A stretch of DNA of 63,763 nt, filler included, from Pelomyxa schiedti (GCA_020536535.1; 13 parts of 13 records of this genome joined end to end with filler, not necessarily neighbours in it); one strand, 5' to 3'. Positions 25,389 to 37,930 are shown, numbered from the whole stretch's first letter. Numbers and translations: made by a program. Notes: generated from the letters alone by a model not told the origin.

Positions 25389-25488
25389 NNNNNNNNNNNN
25401 NNNNNNNNNNNNNNNNNNNNNNNNNNNNNNNNTTAATTAATTAANNNNNNNNNNNNNNNNNNNNNNNNNNNNNNNNNNNNNNNNNNNN
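25389..25488. other. Assembly gap with artificial TTAATTAATTAA spacer; the same structure recurs at most other N-gaps
   Basis: The identical 12-mer is centred in ~100-nt N blocks and places stop codons in all six frames. Confidence 0.95.
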
Positions 25489-26953
25489 TATGCAGTGCTT
25501 CTTTTTTCTTTCTACAACCTCACATACTTTAATTAGGTGCAGAATTTCCTGCTTAGAGCTGATGCTCTCACCAAGGTACATTCTCTCCCTTTATAATCAC
25601 TCCACTCAGCAAATGATAGTTGTACCACTGCTGGAATGAACACAACACCAGGCCCTACTTCCACCCACCTGCTAACTCCCATGGCTCAGCTCCATACTCA
25701 CCCTCTTACTCTTGCTCTCAGCACAGGAGTTTCAACAACTTATATACTTCTGATGCTCATCCAAATGTGATCCAATCTTCCAATTGTTTATTGGTTCTCT
25801 AGGTACTGTATTCTCATCTTTCTTGTTAATGTTAATCTCATAAACCGCAAGTGATCCTACTCGTTTCCAGCTTCCATTACATCTTGGCTGGGATTTCCCC
25901 TTGGGGGCTTGTCCTTTGTACAATCAAATAGGAGCTTCCCTTGTGTCTGCCACTTCGATTGCGAAATTTCTAGTTTCTGGTGTGATACACAGAGCAGAAT
26001 GTGCAAGATACCATGTATGATTCCTTATTTGCACTTCTCAACAAGTAATAATTCTCCAGGATGCAATCCAACTGGTAGATTGACTGTGCAACAACAACAA
26101 TGCATCTAAGTAGTTGGTACAACGCACACAGGTGCAACAGGGATTTTGCTTATGCCCAGTACACAGATGTTTTTTTTTCTTTCTGATCAAGATCAGAAGA
26201 GCACAAGGAGTGTGGAGTAATAACTACGATGGTGTTGTTCCCGCCTTATAAAGGCGCTAGAATCAGTTCTAGGTGTCGCCTGAATCTCCCTGGGTCAGCT
26301 TCTCGGTAGTTTTCCCAGAAATCCATCAGTGATTAGAAGTCACGTCGCCACAGGGCCCAACAGCACACAAGTGCTGCGCTCTGACGTGAGTCCCGATCTT
26401 TCTCCTGAGGGCAGCAGCCTTGATAATGGCATGGGTCTGGGAACTGTTGTCAGCTGGCAAACAAACAGCTTGCCCAGAATACAACTGTCAAAGAGCAGAA
26501 ACTGAGGGAGTGGCACGTGAGAACTCCAGGAAAACTGCATGACAGCTCTTGCCCTCCTGTGCCCAGAATTTTCACTTGTTGAAACAAAAAAACAAAGAGA
26601 ATGCGTGCCGGACTTGGTGGTTGTACAGTGTTGCGGACAAGCGACTATTCCTCGACGAAGTCTAGTGTCTCCTGACTTTACGTTTGCGTTTCCTCCGGTC
26701 CTTTATTTCCCTTCTTTTGTACCCGCATTCTCATGTAAGTCGCTGTTACTGCCTCAACTCCGGCATTAAACTTTGTAGATTTTGACATAAATCAGTACCA
26801 GGTTACCCGGCACCAAATGTATTTGCAGGCATGCATTTTAATGTGCAGAACAACAAGGCGATGCAGTCACCACAGAACCTCCTCACCCTCAAACCACAAC
26901 AAACAGATTGTAAACCACAACGTAATTGTAGTAATGAGACTCCTTACTTCAGT

Positions 26954-26954
<1 letters not shown>

Positions 26955-26991
<37 letters not shown>
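26955..26991 (+). repeat. Poly(A) tract, 37 nt
   Basis: Directly visible; lies at the left boundary of the transposon-rich block. Confidence 0.9.
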
Positions 26992-26994
<3 letters not shown>

Positions 26995-27623
26995 CGAATT
27001 AGACAAATGGCTGAAGGGCAGGAAAATGGCGCCCCCGTTGGTACCGATTTGCACTCGGCCTCTTTGGGTTCCAAAAAGCTTCGAGCCCTTTTGGTTCCAG
27101 GCCCCGTTTTGTTGCTAATTTCTAGTTTTTCGCGTCGACACCCATGACGGTACTACTCGGACCCCCCGCCCGGGCCCGACTCGGAAACAGCGTGATACTC
27201 AGATACTCTTTGTATACATAACTCCAGCTGTTCGGTGTCACAGGATTTTGACTTCGACCCTAATCATCAGGACTGTTTTACGTGAAAACCAGGACCCTGG
27301 GAAAGCGGGAGTCCTGTACACTTTACTCTCGGAGTACTGTCAGGTGACACCGCTGGGCTCCACAGCGCACTGAGAGCTCTTTCTTGAACTTCAGGGCACA
27401 TTTATGTCACTCCCAAAAATAATCCAGATCATCAACAACACACCGTACCCACTGTCGCACAAAGAATGCAGAAAAACCCAACGTCACAAGCAACGTCGTC
27501 GTCGTCAGTAGAGTCTCAAACTCCAGCCAACCCATCGTCCACACACATTCCCAATGAATTTCGGGGCAACGTGAAACTGCTCACTGTCCACTTTTGAACT
27601 CGTTTCTGGACAACGTTGGTGAG

Positions 27624-27904
27624 GATATGGCCAACCACACCTCAGATGATGTGCTGGTGCCATGCCTGAGGTCCCTAAACAGATTGCTTCTGTCTCAATT
27701 GCCGCTCACACACTGGCAATCAAGGAAAGTGTGGGATGTCCTCCTTCTGCAACACTACACTACATGGTGACGCAGTGTAACACAGAGCACATCCCACACT
27801 TTCCTTGATTGCCGGTGCGTGAGCGGCAACTGAGAAAGAACCAATCTGTTGAGCGACCTCAGGCCTGGCTTCAGTACTTTGTCTGAGGTGTGGTTGGCCA
27901 TATC
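27624..27904. repeat. Long imperfect hairpin with 120-nt arms (27624-27743 / 27785-27904) and ~41-nt loop
   Basis: Manual alignment finds ~15 mismatches and no indels. The arms translate as MANHTSDDVLVPCLRSLNRLLLSQLPLTHWQSRKVWDVL and MANHTSDKVLKPGLRSLNRLVLSQLPLTHRQSRKVWDVL. Confidence 0.95.
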
Positions 27905-28090
27905 ATAATTTGACCGTTGCCGTTTAGCCTAACGGGGACGAAAAGTGGACGTTTTTTCCCTATCGGCGTGGATTTTTATCACCGTTCCCCCCTATCGGCA
28001 CACCCAACTTATCTGCGTCGGCAAAAATGGGAACCGGTGATTGCATTTGTGAGAAGATTTCGCTCTCGGTTTGGGAATTGTGGGTTATTC

Positions 28091-30310
28091 CTAGTTGGAA
28101 CTCCTGTCTTTTACTGTAAGCCGGTTAGGGTAGAATAGCCAGTGAGCTCGGCTATGCCAGCGTTCCCAACAGCACAACTTGGCTGAGATGTGCACTGGCA
28201 CCATACAGATATTGCAATAGTTATAAGTCTGAGACCGCCTGCCACTCAACCAGCAAAACATACAAGGCTGCTGTGTTTTCATGTGCCTTTGTGCATGGAA
28301 TGAAATGGGAACCTGTGATAGCAATTATCTGGTAAAATCTGTGTTGGGCTCAACAAAGGGGTATCAACACCAAGCAGGGAGAGAGGGTTGAGCAAAAGAA
28401 TCATGGGACACAGAAACTTTGAAGTTATCACCATTAAGACCTTGTTGCAGACATTAGGAAAAAAAGTTAAATCCCTGGAGTACAAACGGAGATAAGGAAC
28501 TGCTGCATTCCAATTTGGCAGTGATTGGCTGCACAGTACAATAACCGAGCTTGATTTGTTCCCCAGATCAAGAAAACCCATGCGCACTTTGTTGTCCACT
28601 TGTGGTGCCGGTGATTAACACCATAACGGGATGGGTACCTATTCCAGAATTGAAAAACAGAACATAGAAGGAATGTACTCAACTGGTTCACCCGGTCAAC
28701 ATTGTGATAGCTGAACCGGTAGTTGTGCACCATGCTGGGAATAAACTCAAGACCCACTTTAAAAGGCTTGTCATTGCCACATACACCAGGTTTTACCATT
28801 GTAACAAACTTATTATATTCGTCAACTATGGTGATATTAAAAAAAAAAAAAAAAAGGTAACACAATGGGTGACACACAGGCAGAATTGTCAAGATGTGGA
28901 GTCTTGTGATTCACAGGAGCGAAAGCTCCCGCAGAGATGAAGTTGGAGAGAAAGTTAACACGACAGTTGTCCTCATAAATTAGTGCTGTGATTGGGTGCT
29001 GTTTCATCATTGATAAATGAAATTCGCACTTGTTCCACTCCATTTCGGGGTCAGGCTGTGAAATGAACTCTGAAAAGATCTGCAGGACTGTGAATAAAAA
29101 AAAGAGAAAGGCAGATATAAATATGAAGGCATACTTGCCCGGCTCTGTTAGTTTGGCAAGTGACGATGAATTCAAACCCAGAATTATGCAGGTTCCGCAT
29201 CAAGTTGGCCATTGGGAAATACCTGTCCATAGACACTCTAGTTGCTTGGTTCCAATGCACAGCACTCAACAGAGAGTAAACAGTTGCCTCTGTTGGACGC
29301 AGGGATGCCTAAACAGTATGGTAATAGAGTTAAAATAGTAACTTGAACTTACTTCAGTAAGATTTAAGTCCCTGAAGAAAGGAGACAGTAAAGTTAGATT
29401 ATGATCTAAGTCTACTTTTTCACACATTAGAATTAGAGACAACATAGACATGTGAAAATACCATATGGGTTGTCGCTATCATACATTATAAATTTCACAA
29501 TTGCGGAGTACTCATCCACCAGCAAGAACACCTTGACCCCAGTACCGCGAGGTTTGTCCCTCATACAAACTCGCCACCGAACCAACCCTTTGAAGGGTAT
29601 TATGAGGACTGTTCAGGAGGCAGTGGCACAGTTGCAAAACGGTTTTTGTCCGGCATCCTTTCAGGAGTGGCTCTGACAACCAGGGAGGTGGAATAGAACT
29701 GCTGTCTGGTTTGACATGATGGTCTCTTTTGAAGTTTGTTTCAAGTGTCCCTTGAATTGGTTGTTTCCTCAAGGCATTCCTCCACCGGAATGGCATCAAA
29801 CAAGCATGCAACTTACGTTCGGTGATTAGAAGAGATCCACCAGTTGCAGTGGCTTTCACTGCTGGGCTGCCTGATTCGAGCGCGAAGTCGACTCTTGCAC
29901 AAAGTGCCATTAGGGCTGTTCCATGAATCCCATGGAAAGTAAGGTCAAGGTCTTGGGGTGACGGGTTTCCCACTACATGCCACTGGCGTGGGGGAGGCTT
30001 CATTCATCAGTAAGTAACCGTTAGTGATCCTCCCAGTGATAACAAGATGTCTTCTCAATGCCTGGTTACCTGGTGATGCCACGGATCTGTGACCACTGAG
30101 ATTCAAGTAGTTGGACCTTGAGATTGGTTTACCAAATAGATTCTAAAAAGCAGCACTGTCTACCCTGCCAAGGTAGGTGGTAAGGAGAAGGCGGAAGAGC
30201 TGGCAGCTGGCTCCTGCTGAGATCAAGCAGCCCAAGCACGCTTTTGGGGAGAGGACAAGTTGTTGGATATCCTAGCTCCTTGGCAAATTCAATGGAAAGC
30301 CAGTGAGTGA
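28091..30310 (-). mobile_element. piggyBac-like (PGBD / DDE_Tnp_1_7) transposase locus A; intron-containing, probably degenerate
   Basis: IIPFKGLVRWRVCMRDKPRGTGVKVFLLVDEY..KFIMY, RVSMDRYF...GFEFIVTCQTNR, PSMVHNYRFSYHNVDRVNQL, RYGVNHRHHKW, and a C-terminal Cys-rich domain CMFC...TYNYCNICMVPVH...CWERWH. Confidence 0.8.
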
Positions 30311-31327
30311 CACTGATGATAGATATTTGATCGTCTATCTCAGTGATCAGTAAAGATGCACTTGAGCATATTATTGCACCAAACGGCAGTAACAGAAATG
30401 CCCAGTTTGGTCAAGGCCGAGTCTATTCTATAAATGATACATCAGTCGAATTAATGGGAGGAATTGACCTGCAAGTAGAAATCGGGCTAGATACAGCCCT
30501 GCAGCGGTTATTTGAAGAAAGGAGCTCTACCTATTTGCGTACTTAACCCCAGTCCGTCAAGCAACAGACTACCATAATTCCTGCTGGGACTGTGCAGACC
30601 ATTACAGACAAAGATACAGCGTTTAAAATGTACAAGAAGATCGCAGACACATTGCAGCAGAGCCTAGAGGCGATGTACGAGCTGAGTTCTATAAGTATGA
30701 TTGGGACAAAGCGACAATCTTACAGTGGAAGAAGCATCAAAACTGTACGCGATTTTGGAGAAGTATAAGAAGCTTTTTTGTAGAAATGCTGCATCCACTC
30801 TGGCAGGGCTTTTTCCAAATATACTACTTTGACACCAGGGATAGATTTCATCTCTGCCCAATTTACCCTATGAGGGCATCAACGACGGTCGTTCGTTCGT
30901 TCGTGGATTCTGTCAAAGTCCCAAAGGGGCAAAATCAATAAGTCGACAAATTACTTACTTCACGGCGCATGCATAACGGGGAAATGAGGTAGGTCATTAT
31001 ATTCACATAAGAGAACCATCCACGCTCATTAACAAGTGATGACACACATGCTGCAAAGTTTGCAGAGTGCACTAGTCTGGTGCCAATAAAGGGAGAACCA
31101 TTATGGCATGCAACAAATATGGAAAAGTGAGAAAGAGTGCATGTGCATCCCGTGTGCGTCCTGAGGCGCCCCATTGGCCCAGTGTCCGTTGTCCAGCCAC
31201 AGGTCACATCAAAACAGTCTCTGGAACCCAGGTAATTTCAACAGCAGCAGCAACAGGCACAGCTGCACTATCAAATAGAGTTGGCCATTCGCAACGTTAT
31301 AAGGCAGGAGTTTCCACCTCAACTACA

Positions 31328-31801
31328 TGTGAAGGGATCGGCTACCAACGAACAAGTTGTTGACCACTTCAAAATGCTGGGCACACCAATGCACATGTTA
31401 TTTGTAGTAGTGATTTTCTGAGTGTGTGACCATCTGGGGGGTTTGTTTTGGTTTTTTAGGGGTTCATGTGGGGTTCATCCATTGCTGTTTTGTGGTTAAT
31501 TTTCCTAACCCTCGATTTATGCAGCACTCCCGGCATTCACAGGACAAAGGGCATCAAAGCTTTCAAAAGTGACATAGCACATTGTCATCATGCCCTTTGT
31601 TCTGTGTATGGGGGGAGTGCTGTGGAAATCGAGGTTAGCAAAATAAAACATAAACAATGAGATGAACCCCCACATAAATCCCCAATTAATTGATGAATGA
31701 CAACACACTCAGAAAATAACTAATATAATCACACATACATAGGCGTGCCCAGCATTTTGAAGTAGTTGGTGATCTGTTCGTCAGTCGCTTGACCTTTCAC
31801 A
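31328..31801. repeat. Long imperfect hairpin with ~210-230-nt arms (31328-31554 / 31590-31801) and ~35-nt loop
   Basis: Reverse-complement similarity runs throughout (e.g. CTTCAAAATGCTGGGCAC / GTGCCCAGCATTTTGAAG). The outer arms translate VKGSATNEQVVDHFKMLGTPM and VKGQATDEQITNYFKMLGTPM. Confidence 0.9.
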
Positions 31802-31907
31802 CATAAATTGGGGTGGAAGCTCATCTATGATTACAGTGTGAATTTTCGCCTCAATTTCCTTCTGTGCTGCTACTCCTTGCTGTGCCATATTCGACTGTTT
31901 TTTTTTT

Positions 31908-32059
31908 TTGTGTGTGTGTGTGTGTGTGTGTTGTGTGTTGTGTGTTGTGTGTTGTGTGTTGTGTGTTGTGTGTGTTGTGTGTGTTGTGTGTGTTGTGTGT
32001 GTTGTGTGTGTTGTGTGTGTTGTGTGTGTTGTGTGTGTTGTGTGTGTTGTGTGTGTTGT
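31908..32059. repeat. TG-rich microsatellite (TG, TGTGTTG and TGTGTGTTG units) abutting a gap
   Basis: Directly visible. Confidence 0.95.
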
Positions 32060-32163
32060 NNNNNNNNNNNNNNNNNNNNNNNNNNNNNNNNNNNNNNNNN
32101 NNNTTAATTAATTAANNNNNNNNNNNNNNNNNNNNNNNNNNNNNNNNNNNNNNNNNNNNTATT

Positions 32164-34919
32164 TCAATCAGCTGGTGTGATCTTGACGGTTGTGTTGCAG
32201 TGGTAAATGTTGACAGCTGGATACAAGCCAGTGGGGATGTCGTGCACTGTTGCAGTTACGTTGTTGTGTCGCGGCCACCTTGCAGTCAGCTTGCGTGTAC
32301 TTGGGTTATACATCAGTGTCACCTCCTCTGTCCCACCAGTGGCTTGGAACGTGGGTGTGTTAGGAGGAAGTTTGTGGCATTCAGCATCTGTGGACCAGCC
32401 GTAAATGTCAGGAAAGGGGCAATTTAGGTCAAAGGGCCTGTCAATGAGTCCGTAGTAGCAGCGGAAATCCCCAGGGTTGGAGATACTGAGGTGCCACTGG
32501 TACACACGTGTGTCTGCTGATGATGCATCCACCTGGAGCTTTGTGGTGGCTGTCACTGTTGATTGTTTGTATCCCGCGCTGCCTGGTGGCTTGTGAACTG
32601 TTGAGTTGGAATAATCTTTTATCTGTAGGAGGTTGCCGCGGCAGGTTTGGTCCCACTCCCATGTACAGGGGACTGTGTATTTGATTTACTGTTTGTGTTG
32701 GAGACAGTAGAACACACCAATAGAGATCGCAGATGCTGCATTTCTAGTGGAAATGCCAATATCGGGCCCTGTGATTGCGGAATTCGCCCCAGATTGGGGA
32801 GCCTTTGCTTCATGGTAAAACGTGAGTTTGAAGGAGAGAAGGAAAGAGGAGGAACAGACCTTGGTTGGAACGGACTTGGAGCCTCTGCCTATGCTGGTGG
32901 GGGGGTTGAACAGGTGAAAGAGGTGAAACGGGAGGGCTACCGGTGCTTCCCCCCATTCCTAATCTTGAGGGTGACACTGGTAGGGTGGCTTGGTCCCCAT
33001 CTGGTGGTGCTTTCAATGTAAGAACAGATACCTGAGAAAGCTTCAGAAAACCTGGGAAAGAGATCCTTGTGTCATTTGGCCTGTCAGCTGGTGTTCCAAA
33101 CACACTGAGTGACACTGGTAGGTTTTGCCCCACACCCTGTGGTACTTTGAATGTGAGAACCGAACCCGGAGTGGCAATGTTCACGTTTGTGCACTGTAAT
33201 TCACCAACTCGGACTTGAATGTCGTTGTTGGTTGCTGTCTTGGGCCAGCACCCAAACATTGCCACACTTAATGGCCCTGATACTGCATTTTTTTGCTCCT
33301 TGATGCATAGAAGCACTGGCACTGCACGAATGTTTGATTTGTTTGAAGGGTTCAAAGGATGAGGAACACACACCAGTGGAAATGACACCCAGGCCTGGAA
33401 TACTCTTCTTAAACCTCTCAATGTTATCTGTGGAACTCACAGTTGCGCTTACATGATGTGACAATGTGAGGTGTTCTGGTTTAGGTTCAAGTTGCTGTGA
33501 GAATTGACAACGAAGAAGGAATGTTAAAAATTGTTAAAAAGAAGGAAAAGACCTTGAGGATTGCAGGAATTGATTCAAACAAGTCAATTACCTGGGAGGT
33601 GTCCCCACTTTTCAACATTGACGAACACTTTGATTTGTACTTTTCAATGTGCTGGAGTCCAGTAGAGAGAATTTCAAGGTACTTTGATAATGCGCCAACT
33701 ATTGATTTGTCAATGAAGTGAAACCTGAAGAGTAACCCACCTTTGGAGGACGCAATTGTTTCAGAAGTTGAAAGTAGTTCATTTCTCCTTCTTTCCAAAC
33801 AAGAGATCAGGTCAGAGAATTCCTTGCCAACAGTTTCTGCAAACTGGCTCTGCTCCTTTTTTTTTGTCATTCGTTTGTAGAGAATGGGAGCAAACAGACC
33901 AGCTTTATGTTGACAGTCTCAGACTTGATTAGTGTAGCCAATGTGTTTAACTCCGACTCCAGTCTTGACAGTTGTTCAAAGAACTCCTTTGGGCTTTGGA
34001 GTCTTTTGTAAGAAACCTCCTCCACTGAGGTGGCTTTGTGCCCCTTTAAGAACATTCAGTTTGGAAAAGCACTGGATGTAACTAGAACCTTGTGGGAGAT
34101 GGAAAAAAAGTGGCATCTCGAGCAGATTAAAGTGTTGTCGACTTCGCAGAATACATCAAGTGGAAGATGGTGAGTTTCACACATCTTGGTGCCTATTGTT
34201 TTTTTTTTGATGTTGAACAAAAACAAGATGAAAAAATGGAATAAATACCTTGTTGTGGGGATAGAACATGAGCAGAGAGATCAAGTTTGGCATGGGACTT
34301 CAAGGACGCACTCCAGTGAGCCTTTGACCAACACGAGTCACAACACAACATTTTTTCACCACCACGCCCCAAAGCCTTGGTGCATTCCTCGCACATGTAC
34401 TTTGCAGCTTCCTTGCACATCACACACTCAACAACCATTGGCACGGATGTAGCGACAGCAGCAGCGGTAGGTGTATCCTTCCTCCTCCTCTTTGGGTCAG
34501 ATGGAGTTGGCTCACCCTCCACAGATTCATCTTTCACTTCACCCTCCACCACCTTCACATCCACATCCACATCCACATTCACAGGCGTCACCGCGGCCGC
34601 CGTTTGTTTCTCCCTCGACTCCTCCCCTGTGGTAGTATTATTACCAGCGTGGCGCAATTGCAACTGCAAATTCGCCACCCGCTTGCACTTGCAGACCGAG
34701 CACCAGAATTCAACCTCGGTTGGCCCCGACGACCAGCAAGGGGACGAAGACGACGTCGACGTCGACGTACACGAGGACCCCGAGGAAGAGGCAGTCCACG
34801 GAGGTGTCGATTTGTTGACTGGACACGCGGGGGTTGGTATGTCCCGCGAGAAAGTGACGATGGTGTCGCTGCACAGGCGGCACAAAGGGTGGCCGCACGA
34901 CGGCGCGAGGCAGATCGCA

Positions 34920-34950
<31 letters not shown>

Positions 34951-35131
34951 ATGATGATGATGATGGTGGTGGTGGCGGCGCGGTGGGGACCGGGGGTTGT
35001 GGGGAGCCGCAGCAGGTGGTCTCGACGGCGCCGCGGCAAACCGAACAACGCAGTGGGGACGGGCCTGTGATCGGAATTACGGGACAGCTGGCTGGCGTGG
35101 GTAGTAATGTGTTGGATGTTTCCCCTGCCAT
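32164..35131 (-). CDS. TRIM-like protein: RING, two B-boxes, coiled coil, IPT/TIG and SPRY-like C-terminus; multi-exon
   Basis: CSVC...CGHPLCRLC...CPV (RING); CVMCKEAAKYMCEEC...CCDSCWSKAH; CETHHLPLDVFCEVDNTLICSRC..H|KGH; CTNV...LTFKVPQGVGQNLPVSLSV (IPT); GLYPAVNIY (SPRY-like end). Confidence 0.8.
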
Positions 35132-35265
35132 CTGGGAGAAAAAAAAATGGCTTGTTGTTGATCAGATCGGACCAAGTGGGTTTTAGTGGAAGACAATTTT
35201 TCACCAATCACAACGACACGCCGGCCTGAGTCAAACAAAAGTATGTTCTTTTTTGCCTTAAAACA

Positions 35266-37882
35266 TTACACATGAGCAGGAAGCACAAGGGTGAGGAGGA
35301 GGATGATCATGAGGGTGGTGGAAGAAGAAGTTAAGTGTGAGGGGAAATCCAGAGAAGTCGAGGCGGAAACTGCTGAGTTTGAAGAATCGATGGTGATGAG
35401 GCTGGAGTCATCAACAGGTTTGGACTGCGATTCTTCTGATGGTGGTAGAGGCGGTGAGCCCGACATGGAACCCGGTGGTAATGACAGGGACATCATTGAT
35501 ACTGAAGGTGGGGTGGATGGTGATGGTGGTGGTGCTGTTGAGGTGGATGAGGAGGAGAATGATGAGGGTGTGGTTTGACTGGGGCACTCTGAGGGGCCCC
35601 TGGTGTTATTGCATCCGCACATCACGCAGCTATTGCAAGTGAAACAGTTCTGCTCCAAGTGACTGCAAAAAATGAAAACCGGTGAGATTTTTACACAAAA
35701 GAAAGGGAGGAGATAAAACCAGTGCACGAATTTCCCTTCTGAAATGACCAATGGGATAGTGCCATTCAAGAAGTTGTAGCTCAGATCACTGCCGCATTGT
35801 TAGTTACTGCTCATTTCCAATGAGGGAGCATACAAAAATGAGATTGTGGAATTATAACTTTCAATGGAACCCCAGAACTGATTGTGACTCATGTTCCTAG
35901 AAAAGTACTTTTACGGTTACAGGGAAAAAAAGCTGAATTTACAAGGACCCAAGTCTTGGTGCAGAAAGCCAGAAAGCCAGCGGTATTGTGCCGGAAATCA
36001 TATTTGAAGACAAGTCCCTATGCGTGTCGACAGTGAGATAATAAAACGAACGGTGGAAAAAAGATACAGTGTGCTGAGTTTCAGTGGTTTGGGAGGAATC
36101 GGTAGAGTTCCAGTGATGAAGTTATTTTGTAACATCCTTGCGGTTGGGGTTAAGTTTGCGAGTACAATATATTGATAGTTGAGATATATGTCTCGTACTT
36201 ACAATTTCTTCACTGTTGTCGTAAACATAGTTGCCGGGAGGTCTCCGGAGAGTTGGTTGGAGAAAAGTTGTCTGCGTTAGGCTTAACCGAGATCAATAAC
36301 GGTAAGAAAAGGACATGGAGACAAGGATTGTTGAAAGTGAACAGTTCGGAAGAGGTCCAGATAAAAAGTTCTCATCCAACTTTCTGCATGTCAAATAACC
36401 TCATTCAGCAAAAAAGAAAATCACAATAGGAGTAGTACAGCATAGAAAGTCTGCTTGATCCAGATAGTAACTCGGGTGGGATTCTTCCGGTGAACTGATT
36501 TTGTGATAAAATCCTTTTTGTTTTTTTTTGTAGAAGCCATAAATTAGAGCGAACAGTACAAGTTCTGCAAGTTCGATATTGCTACAATAGAGCTTGGAAT
36601 AGATCCACTGAATTGGTTTTCACTGAGATCCCTGTGAGGTGTTGTCAGGCCCCCTTTGCATACCAGGAGAATGCTCACATGTATATCAGCTGTGTTAGAT
36701 TCAAAAAATCATCCAGAGTTCCAGATAAAGCATTGCCCCTCAAGTTCAGAATCTAAAGAAGCAAGAATGGGAGGAAACGGTAGCAAAAGTGAGGAGATGA
36801 TGATCACCTGAAGGGAACTAGGAAGAGGAGGCACTGTGCCACTGAAATGATTCACCTGGAGCCTTCTAATTTCACATTAAATTAAATGGGACTGCTGCCT
36901 TCAGAAGTCCGTACAGGTGCGACAGCATGGAGAAATTCGAAATCCAAGTTGGCAGTGTTCCTGTAAACAAATTCGAGTCAAGCTCTCTGGTTGGGATTGT
37001 TTTATGGTATTTAAGAAAGGAAAGAATGAAGAATAGAAACATGATGATAAGAAGTGTCAGATTCTGAATGCAAGGAAATTCCCCGGTCAAACTGTTGTTC
37101 CAAAGAAATCTGTTTGACAAAGTCAAAAGACTACCATGCTGGAAATTGCTACAAACAGTGCTTGCAGTCCAAGCAATCGCGATACAGTGTCCGGTATTGT
37201 TCCAGTGAGCTTATCCAGGGATAGATTCCTGAATAGAATTACATAACTGAGGGAGCAAAAACAATGACAAAAAAAAACTCTTTACTTACAGGTTACTGAG
37301 TCTTGAAAAGTTCCCAATTGTTTGTGGTATTGTTCCCTGCCTCGTTGCGTAACCATGCAACCCGCTTCGTTGCGCATTATGTCAGATATCAAAAAAAAAA
37401 GAAAGATGGGGAAAGATCCAGCGGCATTACATTGAACATATGTGACCATCCAAACAGAGCAATCCTGGTAACACGGTTTCATTGCAGGGAGGTTCCTCAG
37501 TGTATTCCTCGCATGGGTCCTTCCAATTCACCGGCTTCAATTCGTTGTACAGATCGCACACGGCCTGGGCCTCAGCCCTCAACAATTCCCTCTCCGCCTC
37601 ACTCACGCTACTACTGCTACTGCTACTGCTATTGCTGCTACTGCTGCTGCTGCCGTAGTTCTCACTGATCCGTGACGACGGCGACGAGGATGATGATCCC
37701 ACAATCCATCCCGATTCACTTTCGCTGCTACTGTCGGCGCCAACAAGTGACAGCAGGGCCAAACCAACAACAACGACAAACGACGGGACACCAGCCAAAG
37801 GCCCCGTCCTGCGCGACAACAACCCCCCACGCTGGGATTTTTATCTGGGATTGGGTTGGTGACAAACCTTGGGGTTCCCCAT
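35266..37882 (-). CDS. Extracellular LRR protein with signal peptide, Cys-rich cap, Ser/Pro/Thr stalk and hydrophobic C-terminus (likely GPI-anchored); many exons
   Basis: MGNPK|RGGLL... signal region; plant-type LRRs (NNSLTGEFP, SNLFTGTLP, ENQFSGSIP, QNQFTGRIP, NIISGTIP, YNFLNGTIP), roughly one per exon; ends TLMIILLLTLVLPAHV*. Confidence 0.85.
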
Positions 37883-37930
37883 CCCCGTTTAAACGGTTGT
37901 GATGTTGGTTTCAAAGAAATCAAGAATGGG

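Noticed and set aside
25433-25444. Recurrent TTAATTAATTAA as a piggyBac TTAA target or biological motif
   Set aside because: It is always centred in N-runs, so it is an assembly spacer.
30543-30560. TTAA-CCCC as a terminus of piggyBac locus A
   Set aside because: It faces away from the transposase, no matching inverted partner was found, and it is expected by chance.
31908-32059. Cys/Val-rich ORFs or telomeric repeat
   Set aside because: Simple TG microsatellite with variable units at an internal gap.
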